Of a DNA stretch of 64,000 bases, positions 11,045 through 24,029 are shown one piece after another. Position 1 is the stretch's first letter. The number at the start of each line of letters is the position of its first letter. Origin of the DNA: Callorhinchus milii (taxonomy: Eukaryota); assembly GCF_018977255.1 (NCBI RefSeq), contig NW_024704742.1:129024001-129088000 (forward strand), read 5' to 3'. A model generated the notes under the pieces. That model ran no database searches. It was not told the origin of the DNA and saw only the letters and a list, made by a program, of their open reading frames with translations. The translations under genes and the position numbers were made by a program.

Positions 11045-13584
11045 ATAAATGTCAGGTCCAAAAAACAAGATAATCAAATGGAATATGAAAGTACAGAGAA
11101 AACTGAAAAAGAAACAAGAGGGGCAAACAGATTGTATGAGAAAAGATTAACGGGTAATATAAAAGGGAACCCTAAGGTATATTATAAGCACATAAAGAAT
11201 AAAAGGTTAGTCAAAGGTAAGGTGGATCCAATTAGGGACCAAAGAGGAAATCTTCTTGTGGAGGCAGAAGGCATGGCTGATGTACTGAATGAGTACTTTG
11301 CACCTGTCTTCACAAAAACAGAGGATGCAGCCAATGCCACAGTGTTGGAGGGTAGAGAAATTGGATAAGATAAGAATAAACCGAGAGGAGGTACTGAAAA
11401 GGTTGTCGGTGCTCAAGATAGATAAGTCACCTGGTTTGGACGAAATGCATCCTAGGTTACTGAGAGAAGTAAGGTGGAAATAACGAAGGCTCTGGCCACA
11501 ATCCTTCAATCCTCCTTGGACACCAGGGTGGTGCCAGAGGACTGGAGGGTTGCAAATCTTATTCCCCTGTACAAAAAGAGGCAGAAGGGAAACCCGGGAA
11601 CTGCAGGCCAGTCAGCCTAATGACAATAGTGGGGAAACTTCTAGAGACTATAATACAGGACAAAATTAAATTTTCACTTAGAAAAATATGGGTTAATAAA
11701 GGACAGCCAACACAGATTTGTTAAAGGCAAATCATGTCTAACAAACCTAATAGAGTTTTTTGATGAAGTAACGGAGAGGTTGGATGAAGGTAGTGCAGTT
11801 GATGTAGTTTATATGGATTTTCAAAAGGGGTTTGATAAAGTGCTAAATAAGGGGCTTGTAAGAAAAATAGAAGCCCATAGTATTAAAGGGACAGTGGCAG
11901 CATGGATACAGAACTGGCTGGGAGACAGAAAGCAGGGAGTGGTGATAAACGGTTGTTTTTCTGACTGGAGGGAAGAGTACATCTGTGTCCCCCAGGGTTC
12001 AGTATTGGGATTGCTGCTGTTATTGATCTATATAAATGATCTGGACTTGGGTATAGGGAGTACAATTTCCAAGTTTGCAGATGATAATGAGCTAGGAAAA
12101 GTAGTAAACAGTGAGGAGGATAGTAGCAGACTGTAAATGGACATAGACAGACTGGTAAAAGGGGCAGACACATGGCAGATGAAGTTTAATGTGGAGAAAT
12201 GCAACTTGATACATTTTGGAAGGAAGAATGAGGAGAGGCAATATAAGCTGATGGTACAATTTTAAAATGGGTGAAGGAACAGAGAGACCTGGGGGTTCAT
12301 ATAAGTAAATCTTTGAAGGTGGCAGGACAGGTAGATAAAGCTGTTTAAAAAAAGCATACGAGATACTAGGCTTTATAAATAGGGGCATAGAATACAAAAG
12401 TCAGAAAGTTATGATGAACCTTTATAAAACACTGGTTAGGCCTCAGCGAGAGACTGTGTTCAGTTCTGGACACCATGCTTTATGAAGGTTGTCAAGGCAT
12501 TGGAGAGGGTGCAAAGGAGGATGATATCAGGAATGAGGGACTTCAGTTATCAGGAGAGGCTAGAGAAGCTAGGATTATTCTCCTTGGAGCAGGGAATGTT
12601 AAGAGGAGACTTAATGGAAGTTTTCAGAATTATGAGGGGATTCGATAGTGAACAAGGAGAAACTATTTCCACTGGCGGGTGGGTCGGTAACCCGAGGACA
12701 CCGATTTAAAATAGTTGTTAAAAGAAACAGAGGGGAATAAAGGAGAATTTTTTTCACACAGCGAGTTGTTCGGATCTGAAATGCATTGCCTGAAAGGGTG
12801 ATGGACGCTGATTCGATAACAACTTTCAAGAGATAAGTAGATAATTATTTGGGGAGGACAAGTTTGCAGGGCTACGGGGAGAGAGCGGGAGAGTGAGACT
12901 GATTTGCATAGCTCTTTTCAAAGAGCTGGCACAAACACAATGGACCGAATGGCCTCCTTCTGTGCTGTATAATTCTATGATTCTATGATAATTTAGAAAG
13001 ACAGAAGTGCATCATGCTGACTTGTGGGAATGCTACTCTACCTCAATCTATTTTGCGAGCAGGATACCCATGAATAATATTGACATGCCGGTTTTGCTTC
13101 TAGTTGAGAAGGGGCAGACCAGTTGCTGGCAGAATGTCAAAGTGATGAATGACATTCTGTCCATCTGCAACCAGGACTCGCTCTGCCTCCTCGTTCTCTT
13201 GACCTCTCTGCTGCCTTAGAAATTGTCGACCACTCTATCCTCATCAACCGTCTCTCCTCTCAGCTCAACCTCCATGGTTCTGTCCTTGACTGCACTTTAC
13301 AATATATCCTTTGGAGTGCTAGGGATGTCCTCCTGATGTGAAAGCCAGTATACCAAATGTGAAGACTATTATGATTATTATTATTTTTGTAGTTGAGTGT
13401 GGCAGCCAATTTGCACACAGCAATTTTTCACAATCAGTCATTAAGTGAATAACCAATTTTGTATTGGGGATTGTTGGGCAAGCCACTAGGAGAAACTCCC
13501 TTTCCTTTTCAAATAGTGCAGTCTTCCAAAAAATTCACTCACAGCAGATCAGTCATCATCTGAAAGAGACATATAAGCAAATGG

Positions 13585-16500
13585 ATGTACGGTATATATC
13601 AATGAGGTTGTGATCTTTTATCAAAAGCATTTGCTGTTATAGAAGACCATTCTTCAATGTTATGAAAAGGTATAAAAGGCGATACAATCGGCAAGCTATC
13701 TGGACACAGTGGTAAATCTTCAAATTGCTTGCCAAATTGCAAGATATACCCATCACTTGTGTCTGATGCAAATATTAATCAATCATCCAAAGTGAGTGCA
13801 TGTGTTGCTTACTGAATATTCCTTGATGCTATCACAAAACCTCCAGACTCGTCCAAAAGTTTCCAACAAATATTACTTTTCAGCAATTTTCTCATCAGAA
13901 TGATTGATGGAACAGCATTTGTAGATTGGAAAGTTGAATATCCTGGACAGTAACAGACTTCTGGGGCCAAAATAATAAATAGCCATAGATAACAACACCA
14001 ATATAGCGATCTTCATGTCCAGTAAAATCTCAGAGCGCATCACAAGGACGGGGTTGGATATTGATCATGGGAGAGTGGGGAGTGGGGCCAATGGCTCAGT
14101 CAAGAAGCAGGATTTCAGGCAGAAAGAGAAGACAGAATGGTAAAGGGAGGGAGTTCCAGAGGACGATTGGACGAGGGATTGGACGAGGGATGCACAACAA
14201 GTTCAATTTAGCTGAACAGAGGAGGCAAGCAGAGGAGTAGGGGAGGAGATCAGAGAGATAAGGGAGTGCCAAGGAGGTACTTACATTTTGTGTTAAAATT
14301 CAAGTATGTGCAAAATTGTTGAAAAAGTGTCTAATTCAGCCTAATTCAAGTAAAAATCTGTGCTGAGTTAGCTATATTAGCTATAATTGACCTCAGTATC
14401 ACAGGGCTAGGGAATGATGAGTCAGCCAGGGGCACCCATCCCTGGGTTCCATTTGGTGACTTGGAAGTGTATGGATAGAGGATCAGATTGAGTTCATGTT
14501 TGATGCCCTCCCACTCACCTCCCTAGTGATTAGACTGCCAGCATTCACTGAGGACTATCGTATCATGAAACAATTTTTGCAAATTTTAGAACATGCTACA
14601 TTTTTTATAAGGACCTTGTCACATCAAAACATGTCAAAGTGTGTTCTTGCCAACGCAGTGTCTGCTTTTGCAGGTGAAATATTCTTGTGAATATAATTGG
14701 ATTCTTTTAAAATCATTTTGAATATAAACTAGATAACGTCTGACAACTGATTGCACGTCAAGTGCATCAGCTTTATGTACACTGCAAACAACAGAGTGAG
14801 ACTCATATCTTACCATTCTAGAAAACCATTAGCGGTGACTGGAAATGATAGCAATAAAATCTTAGGACAGCCTGGCTCAGTGGTAGCACTCTCGCCTCTG
14901 AATCAGAAGGTTGTGAGTTCAAGTCCTATGTCGGTACTTGGAATCATATAGTCTAAGCTGATACTGCAGTGCATTGCTTGGGGAGATGACATCCTTCGGA
15001 TGAAACATTATACAGAGTTCCCGTCTGCCCGTTCAGGTGAACGTTGAACATCCCATGGCACTGTTCAAAAAGAGAAGGGAGTTTTCTGCCCAACAAATCC
15101 CCCAAATAAAAAAAATTGTCACTATTTGTGAGACATTCTTGTGTGCAAATGGCTGTTGCATTTCACCCCAAAAATACAGTCAATCCACTTTACAGTGTAT
15201 CCTGTGAAACGCTTTGAGATGCCTCAACAACTTGCTAAGTCAAATACATGTATTATTATTAAAGTAAACAAGACAGTCCAGGATCATTTCAGTGGAAGGT
15301 CGAGGCACTTTCTGAGGCGATATTGTCAACACGCAGGTATTGATCATTCGCAAATCACATTGATCTGTTGGTTGGAGGTGGAACTGCGGTTGAGGTAGGA
15401 TCATATTAGCATCATAAAAAGGTATGGGGAAAAGGCAGGAAAATAGGACTAGATTGATAGCTCTTTCAGAGATTCCAGCACACGTATGATGGGCCAAATG
15501 GCCTCCATTTGTCCTGTAAATTTCTTTGGTTATATGTTCTGCATCCCTCCTTTGCTCCTTGCCCTGGTTTACTGTAACTGCAGGATGCAAGTGAGTTATA
15601 TGAAACAGCAGTGTCCTTCCTGATTTAAAATTATAGCATAATGCACAATGAATGATGCAATAATCACTGATACCTTTTTAAAAAATAGAATAACATGTAT
15701 AAATATATGATATTTATCATAACATTTAGCATTGAGTCTTCCATTGTCTGTATTTTTTTTATCTCTGAGTGCTTAACAGTTCACTCAACCTTATCATTGT
15801 AGGTGGGATTTTAGAGATTTTACTGAGTGCATTATAGATTGGTGGACTATCAGAGTACCTTCCACAGTGTGGGAAACAGTGTATGTGATGTGGATAATGA
15901 AGGGCGTTTCTCTCGGTGTCCTGATCAACAATCCCCCAAACAAAATAAAATAAAATTGGTCATTCGTTTATGGCTGTTTATGGGACATTGCCTTGTGCAA
16001 TTGGGCTGAGGCATTCGCCTACAAATACACAGTTACTGCACTACGTAGCAAATCCTGTGGAGCTCTTTGGGAAGTCCTCCTGAAGTGAAAAGCACTGCAC
16101 TGTAGCATTGTAAGGATTATTTATTATTATTATTATTATTATAATGGGGTCTATTACTTGACAAATTCTAATTTGATTTATTTGCCAACGAAAGTGAAAG
16201 ATCATTATGTTTAACTCCAGGAAGATATTCTCTGACACTGCCTATTTATGAAGCAGGAGTTCTCATGAGTCAGTGTAAGATACTATAAATTTCCCTTTAC
16301 CTTATCCATTCATATGAATGCAATTGTTATTGTTATTGTTTTATTAACTTGTCCTATGCCCAATGATTTGAATTTATACCCGTCCTCATATTCCATTCCC
16401 AGCACAGCCTCGACCCACTCTCAAATTACTCAAATAATTATATGGAACCTGGTGGTTAGTCGATTGGCAGTTTGCTTCTCCAGGGGTAATTATCCCTTAA

Positions 16501-17950
16501 AACATATGCAAATAAATAATTTGGTCACTCAATCCACGACTATTTGTGAAACTTTTGCTAATTGCTGTGCGTAATTGGCTGCCGCGTTTCGCCCAAAAAT
16601 ATGCAATCAATTTACTTTATAGTATATTCTGTAAAGCGCTCAAGACGTAATAATGCACAAGATCAAAATGGCAGGATTATTATTATGCTGTTTTATCATG
16701 ATTCGTGTGTCTGCATATAATCATTTTATCGCATCATGTTAATGTGTTTCAATCAGGTTCTAAAATAGAATTTTTCTATGATTCCTTCACGTAAAATGTT
16801 TTACTTCAGGAGTGCTAACAATATTCTCCTAATCCCTGCCTCCTCATCAAATCCCTATGCAATCTCTAATGAAAGTGACAACCTTTAGATAAGCTTCTCC
16901 TTTGCGATATTACGATATATTTCTCTGTACCTGATCTCGTTGAGTGGAGGGACAATGTTTTATTCATAACTTGTATAACCATTTGCCAGCAAAATATACA
17001 CAGCCACATCACTCCATGATAATAATAATCATTACATTTGATGTAGCGCCTTATTACATCTTCAAGACATCTCAGAGCGCTTCACAGAACATACTGTAAA
17101 GTGGATTGACTGTGTATTTTGTATTTTATGGGAGAAACGAACTAGCCACAGCAGTGCACAGCACAATTGCGCACAGCAGTGCCCCACAAATAGTCATGGA
17201 TTGAGTACAGTAAATCCTGCAAATCGCTTTAAGATTTGACAAAGTGATAAGGTGCCATATCGAATTCTCAAATTATTATTTAATTGCAGAGGGAATAACC
17301 AACAAAGATTAATAGAAGTGGATGTTCTTTTGCTAGACTGTTTTGAATGCAAATGCTGAGGATTATAATTGGTAGCTCCAGTGGTAGAAATAGCACCAGC
17401 ACAGATGAAATGGAGCTCTGTATGCTAAGCCGCTTCTGCTCTTTCCCCATATTCATGTAATAACATTTTCCCCCTCAAGTAGTTTTCTAATTCCTTTTCA
17501 AATGCCATGATGCACTCAGCTTCAAAGCCATTTGTGCTAAGGTGTTCCACATTCCAAGAATCAAAAAAAGTCTTCTTTTCTTCCGAAGTAAATTTATTCT
17601 TATTAGTTATCACACAATAAAAGTAAAATAACTGGAAGAGTGAGATTTGGGGAAAACATTCACTAACGAGATTCAAGTCTGCGAATATTTTTCTTGCGTC
17701 TTGCACCTTCAGATATTTTTTTTTCTTGAATGTTCCTCTGCGCAAATCATTGTCACATTGGAATTAAACATACATATTGCCCCTTTGGTGAAGCCTTGTA
17801 AAAAGGCACTTTGACTGGAACAGAAATCCATTGTTCCTGTCTAGAGGAAAGGGTGGGATAATTACTAATAATCTCAATTATTTTGTTAGGTTGATGATAA
17901 TGCAGACACATCCATGCACCCCAGATCAGAAGCAAACGAGAAGATACATG
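13585..17950 (-). pseudogene. RNF213-like relic, C-terminal E3 region (pieces at ~17850-17950, ~14655-14780, ~13585-13945)
   Basis: RLLLIWGAWMCL...KIIEIISNYP vs RLLTHLALLL...ALINIIKPP. LLETFGRVWRFCDSIKEY vs RITVFLSTWNKLRRSLETN. NGLL...LIKDHNLIDIY vs GLGLC...LIRLHNEIVYA. Confidence 0.5.
14867..15260 (+). mobile_element. Older tRNA-head Deu SINE (SacSINE1-like); relatives at ~40890-41305(+), ~58200-58590(+), ~54120-54580(-), ~44140-44530(-), ~21360-21550(-)
   Basis: CAGCCTGGCTCAGTGGTAGCACTCTCGCCTCTGA.TCAGAAGGTTGTG.GTTCAAG head, CTGCCTGTTCAGGTG segment and Deu core. Confidence 0.7.
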
Positions 17951-17976
17951 CTAAGTTTCTTTTGTTACTTCCTCAA

Positions 17977-18310
17977 TAGCCTAGTGGTTAAACACACCAC
18001 AGCATTAAGCCACGTAGTTTATAAAGTCACAGGTTCAAATCCTGTGACTGTAACGTAATACTGAGATAGTTGATGTTTCTATGAATTGACCTCAATGCTT
18101 CTAGTTGATGGAAGGAAACACACAATGGGGATTCCCATCCCTGACCACTGTCCAGAGGACCCTACAAGTAAGAGGCGTGTGTGTTGCTGACGGAGCATGT
18201 GGACAGAGCTGGGCTTGGCTGTGTTGCCCATTTTCTCCCCAGTTGAATAGCAAGGCAACACTCACTGCCAATGACCACTGCACTGCAGTGAACTGCCCCT
18301 GGCTCCTGTA
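17977..18310 (+). mobile_element. Ancient tRNA-derived SINE of a different family (AmnSINE2-like from memory); relative at ~14355-14560
   Basis: TAGCCTAGTGG and GGTTCAAATCC boxes. Shared GGACAG..CTGGGCTTGGCTGTG.TGCCC-type segment. Family name not verified. Confidence 0.45.
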
Positions 18311-18983
18311 GAAAGCAAAAAGGAGCCAAATATTTTCAGGAGAAAAGGAAAAACATTGGAGGAGACAATTGGCAAGGATAAGGGAAAGAGGATGACTATT
18401 TTCATTGTTTTTTTATGACGTTCTTTTCCATTGGTGTCAAATTAGATTCACAAATGATCTCACCTCTGGTGGTGAATTACATGTGTTATGATATGGGTAT
18501 GGATAACTAATGTGTACGTACAGAGATATGAGTTATGAGTATTAATTTTCCTTCACTCAGGAACCATTGAAACATGTGTGAGTGCTTGGTGTAGTTAATG
18601 TTACTCCAATGTGCAACATAAAACAAATGGGAAACAAATGTACCATGTGTTTTAGGTCAATTTTATTCGAGTTATTTAATATGCAATTAGTCAAAATATT
18701 CAATGTAAAATAAGTTACAGTCTGTAAGAGATCTAAACAAAATAATAATCTCTGCATTTGAGATAGCGCCTTGTCACATAAAAATTTCTCGAAGCGCTCC
18801 ATAGAGTTTTCTGGAACGTATAGCGATTGGGTATTTTGTAGGTGAATACAATAGCTCATTTCCGCAGAGCAAAATTTCACAAACAGCCAGAAGTGAAAGA
18901 CCTTTTTTTAAATCTGGGGGATTGCTTGTCAGGGCACTGCCATTGGCAGTGAGTGTTGCCTTGCTATTCAAAGAGTGTCATGC

Positions 18984-19301
18984 AATAATAATAATCCTTG
19001 CATTTGATATAGTGCTTTTCACGTCGGGAGGACGTCCCAAAGCGCTTCACAGAGCACACTGTAAAGTGAATTGACTGTATATTTGTGGGCAAACGCGACA
19101 GCCAATTGCGCACAGCAGTGTCCCACAAACAGTCGTAGATTGAAAATGACCAATTTATTATTGTTTTTGGTTTTGGAGGGATTATTATTAGGCTCTGTGT
19201 GGAGTAAGGAAACTTGCCCAAGGTTTCACCCTCTGCCTGGAATTGAACTCAGGTCTCTCACTTGCAAAGCGAGTGCTCTAACCACTGAGCTACAGGACTC
19301 C
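18984..19301 (-). mobile_element. Full-length Deu-domain tRNA SINE nested in an older SINE (~18745-19340)
   Basis: Same family sequence from head to tail. Older SINE-like sequence continues on both sides. Confidence 0.88.
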
Positions 19302-19864
19302 ACAAATCTTTAGTACCCACCTGAATAGGCAGACAGGCAGTTTCCAAAATGAGCTGAATAACTTCAGATGCATGTGCCTGAGTAAAAGAGGGCGCTGGCT
19401 GGATTATTCATTACATTTGTTATCATTACAATCCAATCCAATTTATATAGGACCTTTCACGTCCTAAGGATGTCTCAGAGCGCTTAATAATTATTACTGT
19501 TACTATTAGACCCACTCACATTTGACCATTTGTGTAATGTACAAGGATGGCCAGAACTAAATCTATCCCATCCTTCCAAGAGTGCTTTGCATGAACACAA
19601 GAACTTGGGCATTTAAGATACACTTGGATGAACCTCTGGATTACTGCTGTGCTCCAACCTGCTGAATGTTTTGGTGGAATCTACGTAATTGTATAGGAAA
19701 AAAATAAGAGAGAATAATGAACAGATTCTAATGGTTTAAAATTGTATTTACTTTATTGGTAAATACTGAAACTGGTTACCTTCAAATAACGCACCAAAAC
19801 TAAAATGAATGCAAAATATTCTAATATACAAAGCTCATACTATCATAAAGTATTCATGAGTCCC

Positions 19865-20730
19865 ACACCAAAACCATAGTTAAACCTCTAAGTTTGCTAT
19901 AATGAAAACCCACACCAAACAACAGTGCTCTCCCATGTTAATGTTCTGCAAAGCTAAGCTTGAAGTGTGTTCACTTATACCCAGTTTTCACAGGCAGTCA
20001 GGTTCTTCGTTAAGGCATTGGTGAAGCCATGTTGCTACATTTATGGAACTTTCTCTTTGGAATTCTGGAATGAATACTGAGGATGAATTTGTCCTTCCCA
20101 GGAAATGAACGTTTGCGTGTACAATCATTACATTATTCTGTATTATGTAGATGCTATTGGTTCTGATTCAAACCGCTGCACGTTTATTATTGAATTCACT
20201 AAAGCATGTCAGGAGGACGTCTCAAGATGCTTCATAGAATCAGCTCGGAGGCCACACTGGGGTTGAGGGGGAGGAGCAGAGGAAGGTATGGGTGTGGGGG
20301 GAGAGAGGTGACAAAAAGCACAATCAAAAAGATATTAAGATGGGTTTTAAAGATGAATGCAAAAATTGACACTTTTTTCATTGCTTTAACAGAGGGAAAT
20401 TCCCATTATAAGCAAGTAACAAAAAGTTGCTACTTTTAGTGGTTGGCGAGTGATAGAGCCCATTAACCTGGCAAGTGATTGATAGGTATTCAAACACACT
20501 GAATATAAAGAGTGTTGTACTGCGAATCCATCCAGGATGCCAAAAATTGGCATAATAGTTTCTGTCATCGGATATTTCATGGGGGTTGGTATAGCCAGTG
20601 ACTCTGGTTCTTAAATCGCCAGCAACATAATCACTAGATAGAATTGTGTCTAACTCTTTGCGGATTTTTACTTAGTCCCATAAACTGATCTGAAAGGAAT
20701 GTGATAAACAAAAAGAACAATCAACCAAAT
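19865..20730 (-). pseudogene. RNF213-like relic, post-RING E3 region, immediately downstream of the spag8 stop
   Basis: KNP/KELDTILS vs PPEKEVIESLLS. TETIMPIFGILD/IRSTTL vs TKSLSPFNDVVD..VIRSVIL. NVATWLHQCLNEEPDCL vs EVARIRLCLDRAADFL. WVFIIANL/FNYG vs RVYLVRKLSSQRG. Confidence 0.55.
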
Positions 20731-20822
20731 ATCAGCTAACAAGGAGCAAGTCGTATAGAATTATACAATATTCTCTCATTTCTGCAGTTAGGATCCAGGT
20801 CATTTTCCATGGTTTACGGTCG

Positions 20823-20909
20823 TTAGGAATCCATGAGTTCTTCTATTGGTGTAGTAAACAAACTGTGCTTCTTAAATGGACTATTGTCGATCTTTATTTC
20901 AGTGACCCC
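20823..20909 (-). CDS. spag8: spag8 last coding exon: GVTEIKIDNSPFKKHSLFTTPIEELMDS*
   Basis: Acceptor ttgctttcttccacaacag, TAA at 20825-20823. It matches SPAG8 GVSNIRTLDTPFRKNCSFSTP. The six exons sum to 1047 nt, i.e. 348 aa plus stop. Confidence 0.9.
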   Translation of the reverse strand, partial: GVTEIKIDNSPFKKHSLFTTPIEELMDS

Positions 20910-21895
20910 CTGTTGTGGAAGAAAGCAAATAGTTATTGGGATGTACAAAGGGAAGCTTTCCCTTTGGGTGGGGACGTTAAACCGAGGTCCTATCTGCCTG
21001 CTTAAGGGGACGTTAAAGGCATGACTCTATTCAAAAAAAATGGTGTCCTGGGCAAGAATCTTTCAGATAAAATTGTTTTACTCATTTCCTTCCTGGCTGT
21101 GGGACATTTCTGTGTGAAAGTTAGCTGCTGTGTTTATCTACAAAATACAACATGAGAAACTCCCTTCCCTTTCAAATAAAAAATAACAAAATTGGTCACT
21201 CAATCCACGACTGTCTGTGGTACACTGCTGTGTGCAATTGGCTGCTGCGTTTCGCCCACAAAATATACAGTGAATTCACTTTACAGTATATTCTGTGAAA
21301 CGCCCTGTGACAATCTCAAAGACTATAGTAAATGCAAGGATTATTATTATCTTTGGCGTCTTTAACAGCCTGAAGAGGCAGATGGGATCTCAGTTTTACA
21401 TTTTGATCCAAAGGACAGCATTTTCAACACTGAGGCACTGCCCAGCACTGCATTGTTGGGTCAGTGTAAGCTGTGAGTTGAAAGTCCTGAACATGGGGCT
21501 TGAACCTACAACCTGCTGACTCAGAGTGCAGTTAACTCAGCCAAGCTGACATCTTCACTACTTATCTAATATATTTATAGATACCCTTGTGGGAGTGTAG
21601 TAGCTGAATAAAGAGTGCATAAAGAACTTAATAACCAAACAGCACATCACATTTATTTACATTTGATTTAATAACATTTACATTATTTTTAAATATAGTT
21701 CTTTATGACCTTTTAATTCAGCTGCTATCATCTTTGCTTTTGCTCGTGTTCCCCTTTTTCTCCAAGGAATTTCTAAACAGTAAACCTAGTGGAGTTGAAC
21801 CTCACATGTAGGTATAGAGGACACCTTATTATTTAGGTCATGTTTTCAGTGTTTTTTTAATTTGAAACTGATGGTGACCAAAATGCCAAACTCAC

Positions 21896-22110
21896 TAATG
21901 AGGACACCACACTAGAAAGGGTAAGACGGCAGTAACCATTTGCTGATCCAGTCTTGAGTATGTCAATTCCATAACAGAAACGGGTCCTTTCTTTGGGTAG
22001 TTTTGCAAAATGTTCGATCTTACTGGATTAAGCCAGTTAAAGCAGAAAGTACACTGTTGAAATAACCTTTTAAGATGAACTGATTCCATTACAGTCTTAG
22101 CAAGCATCAA
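21896..22110 (-). pseudogene. RNF213-like RING-finger relic inside spag8 intron 5
   Basis: LKRLFQQCTFCFNWLNPV/DRTFCKT...WCPH* vs LSRFGIQPCSICLGDAKDPVCLPCDHVHCLRC...ICPYC. A consensus GTGAGT donor follows at 21895-21890. Confidence 0.55.
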
Positions 22111-23857
22111 GAATCTGTCAGTCGTCCTGCTCCTTGTAAATCTACAGCTGTCAGTGAACCGTCTAATTATATGCAGCTCCTAGTTTTAGATGTAACCGTG
22201 TGTGCTCAACTGCAGGGGGATGTAAGAGAAGCTAGTCTGGGCAAGATTTCGGAAATAACTGGTCTCACTACAAGAAGCTTTTAATGTAAATTCATGTAAG
22301 GACAATTAAAAAGATTTGTTTTCTCTTTATATTAATCGTAGAATATTTTTTTCAATATTGAAATGACTTATTCTGTGCTCAAAATATATTTTTTTAATTG
22401 CCAAGTCAAACATATATTAGGAATTAATGGCTTTTTACCTTATTACTAAATTTTGCTTGAAAATGAAACATTTTCCCCCGGTTTTTGTGTTCAATAATAA
22501 AAAAAACTCCTTGGATTTGATGCAGCAACTTTTACAGGATCACAGGATTTATTGTAAAGGGTAATGACAAACCCCTGCATCTCATTTCCAAGATTAATCG
22601 AAATGTGTGAAAACAGATGTGCATATATAGGTTATAGCAAATGGGTCACAAGACTGCCTATTACATTTATATTGGACATGAAGCATGGTTGTCTGTTTTC
22701 AACCAAACATTAATGAAATGCAACGAGAGATAAGCAGACAATTGCCATGTTTAAAAAAAGCACCAAAGTTAGGAGGGAATACAGTTATGCAGTAGGAATG
22801 CAGAACATACATACGTATGCTGGAAAGTTAAAGATGTCAAGAACAAATTAGATAGATTTCTGCTAGAAAATAATATCTCGGTTTACAGTTTATAGTTTGA
22901 GACACGACATGTCACACGACTGCCAGGCTGGTGGAAGGTGAATTAGATCTACCTTGGTCTTCTTTCGCTTAGCAAATTCTTATGTTCTTAGAAGTGCTTT
23001 TTATTTTAACGAGGATGGCCAATAGCGCTAATAAAGCTGTACATTAATAATAATCCCTACATTTGGCATTGGGCTTTTCACATCAGGAGGATGTCGCAAA
23101 GCGCTTCACAGATTATACTGTAAAATAGAATGACTGCATTTTGTGGGCAATGATAGCAATAATATTAAAAGCAAAATTATCAATATGAAAATAGTAGGAT
23201 TCACAAACTGCAACACATGGCATGAAAAGGGAGCAGATATATAACAGCAAGGACTTTGCATGAGGCAAACCTACAGCTGCTCGGTTCAAAGGCAAAAGCA
23301 GGTACAAAGGATACAGAGGGCAATGGGTGGCAGACCCCTGATTTGAAGAGGCTCAGCCACAGGAGATTTGTTCGGGGGGGGAAAGAGAGGTTGGAAGGGA
23401 TGGGAATGCCTTTATTTAACCAGAAATAATAATTAAATTATATTAGTAAAGAATCATACCTTTTAATAACTGCAAGATATTAAAGCAAAGTTTAGTTTCA
23501 CTCAACACTTCCCTTAGGTCTTAGAATATTATTGCCGTTCATGTTGTTGGAATTAAACAGTCACTTTTTAATTTGCTGTATCACCTGAGTAATGATACAA
23601 GAGTCCAGCAGCTTTATAAGCTAAATTGGCCTTTTGTTTCTCTTTTCACTAAACATTTAGAGCCGCTTCTTAGAGGTATGGTACTAAAGAACAATCATGT
23701 TTTTTGTGTTAGTATTATATCCCAACCTCTTGGCCCTGTCGACCCATATTTACATTTTACCTAAAACTGGCAAAAACAGAAATACGGTCATATTAACTAG
23801 GACCCAAACTCTTAAAGGGGATGTGCTCCACATTTAATAGTGTTGTAACTCGTTTAC

Positions 23858-23920
23858 CTGTATTTTCTTGGCGTGGTCACTCCAGAATGTAATAGGTTGT
23901 TCAGTTTTGTAATTATGTTT
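23858..23920 (-). CDS. spag8: spag8 exon 5 (63 bp): KHNYKTEQPITFWSDHAKKIQ
   Basis: Acceptor ttatttgcag, donor CAG|GTAAAC. It matches SPAG8 PHDYRQEQPETFWIQRAPQLP. Confidence 0.92.
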
Positions 23921-24029
23921 CTGCAAATAAATAACACGGATTAAAAACACAATAAACAGGATATGCATGACAAGCGCATAACGGAAATAAGACAACAATG
24001 TATGTACGGGAAGTGGGTAAGTGGGGTCT

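Larger units (their letters stand above)
9280..12988 (+). mobile_element. CR1 LINE with ORF1 C-terminus (SGNH/GDSL esterase-like) and degraded ORF2
   Basis: ORF1 NAWLENWC..GFRFLNHWDKFWGRWDLYKVDGLHLN. EN motifs YNVFRRDR, GVYYRP, DFNYPNIDW, DHNII. RT motifs [12 protein letters not shown]. Ends ATTCTATGATTCTATG. Confidence 0.93.

Noticed and set aside
20440..20690. Endogenous RNA-virus polymerase fragment (FWHPGWI)
   Set aside because: No polymerase motifs are nearby, and the segment fits the collinear RNF213-like series better.
21860..21925. Plus-strand mini-exon ETDGDQNAKLTNEDTTLER|gtaag
   Set aside because: It has no partner exons or recognisable homology. The opposite strand is better explained as the RING relic.
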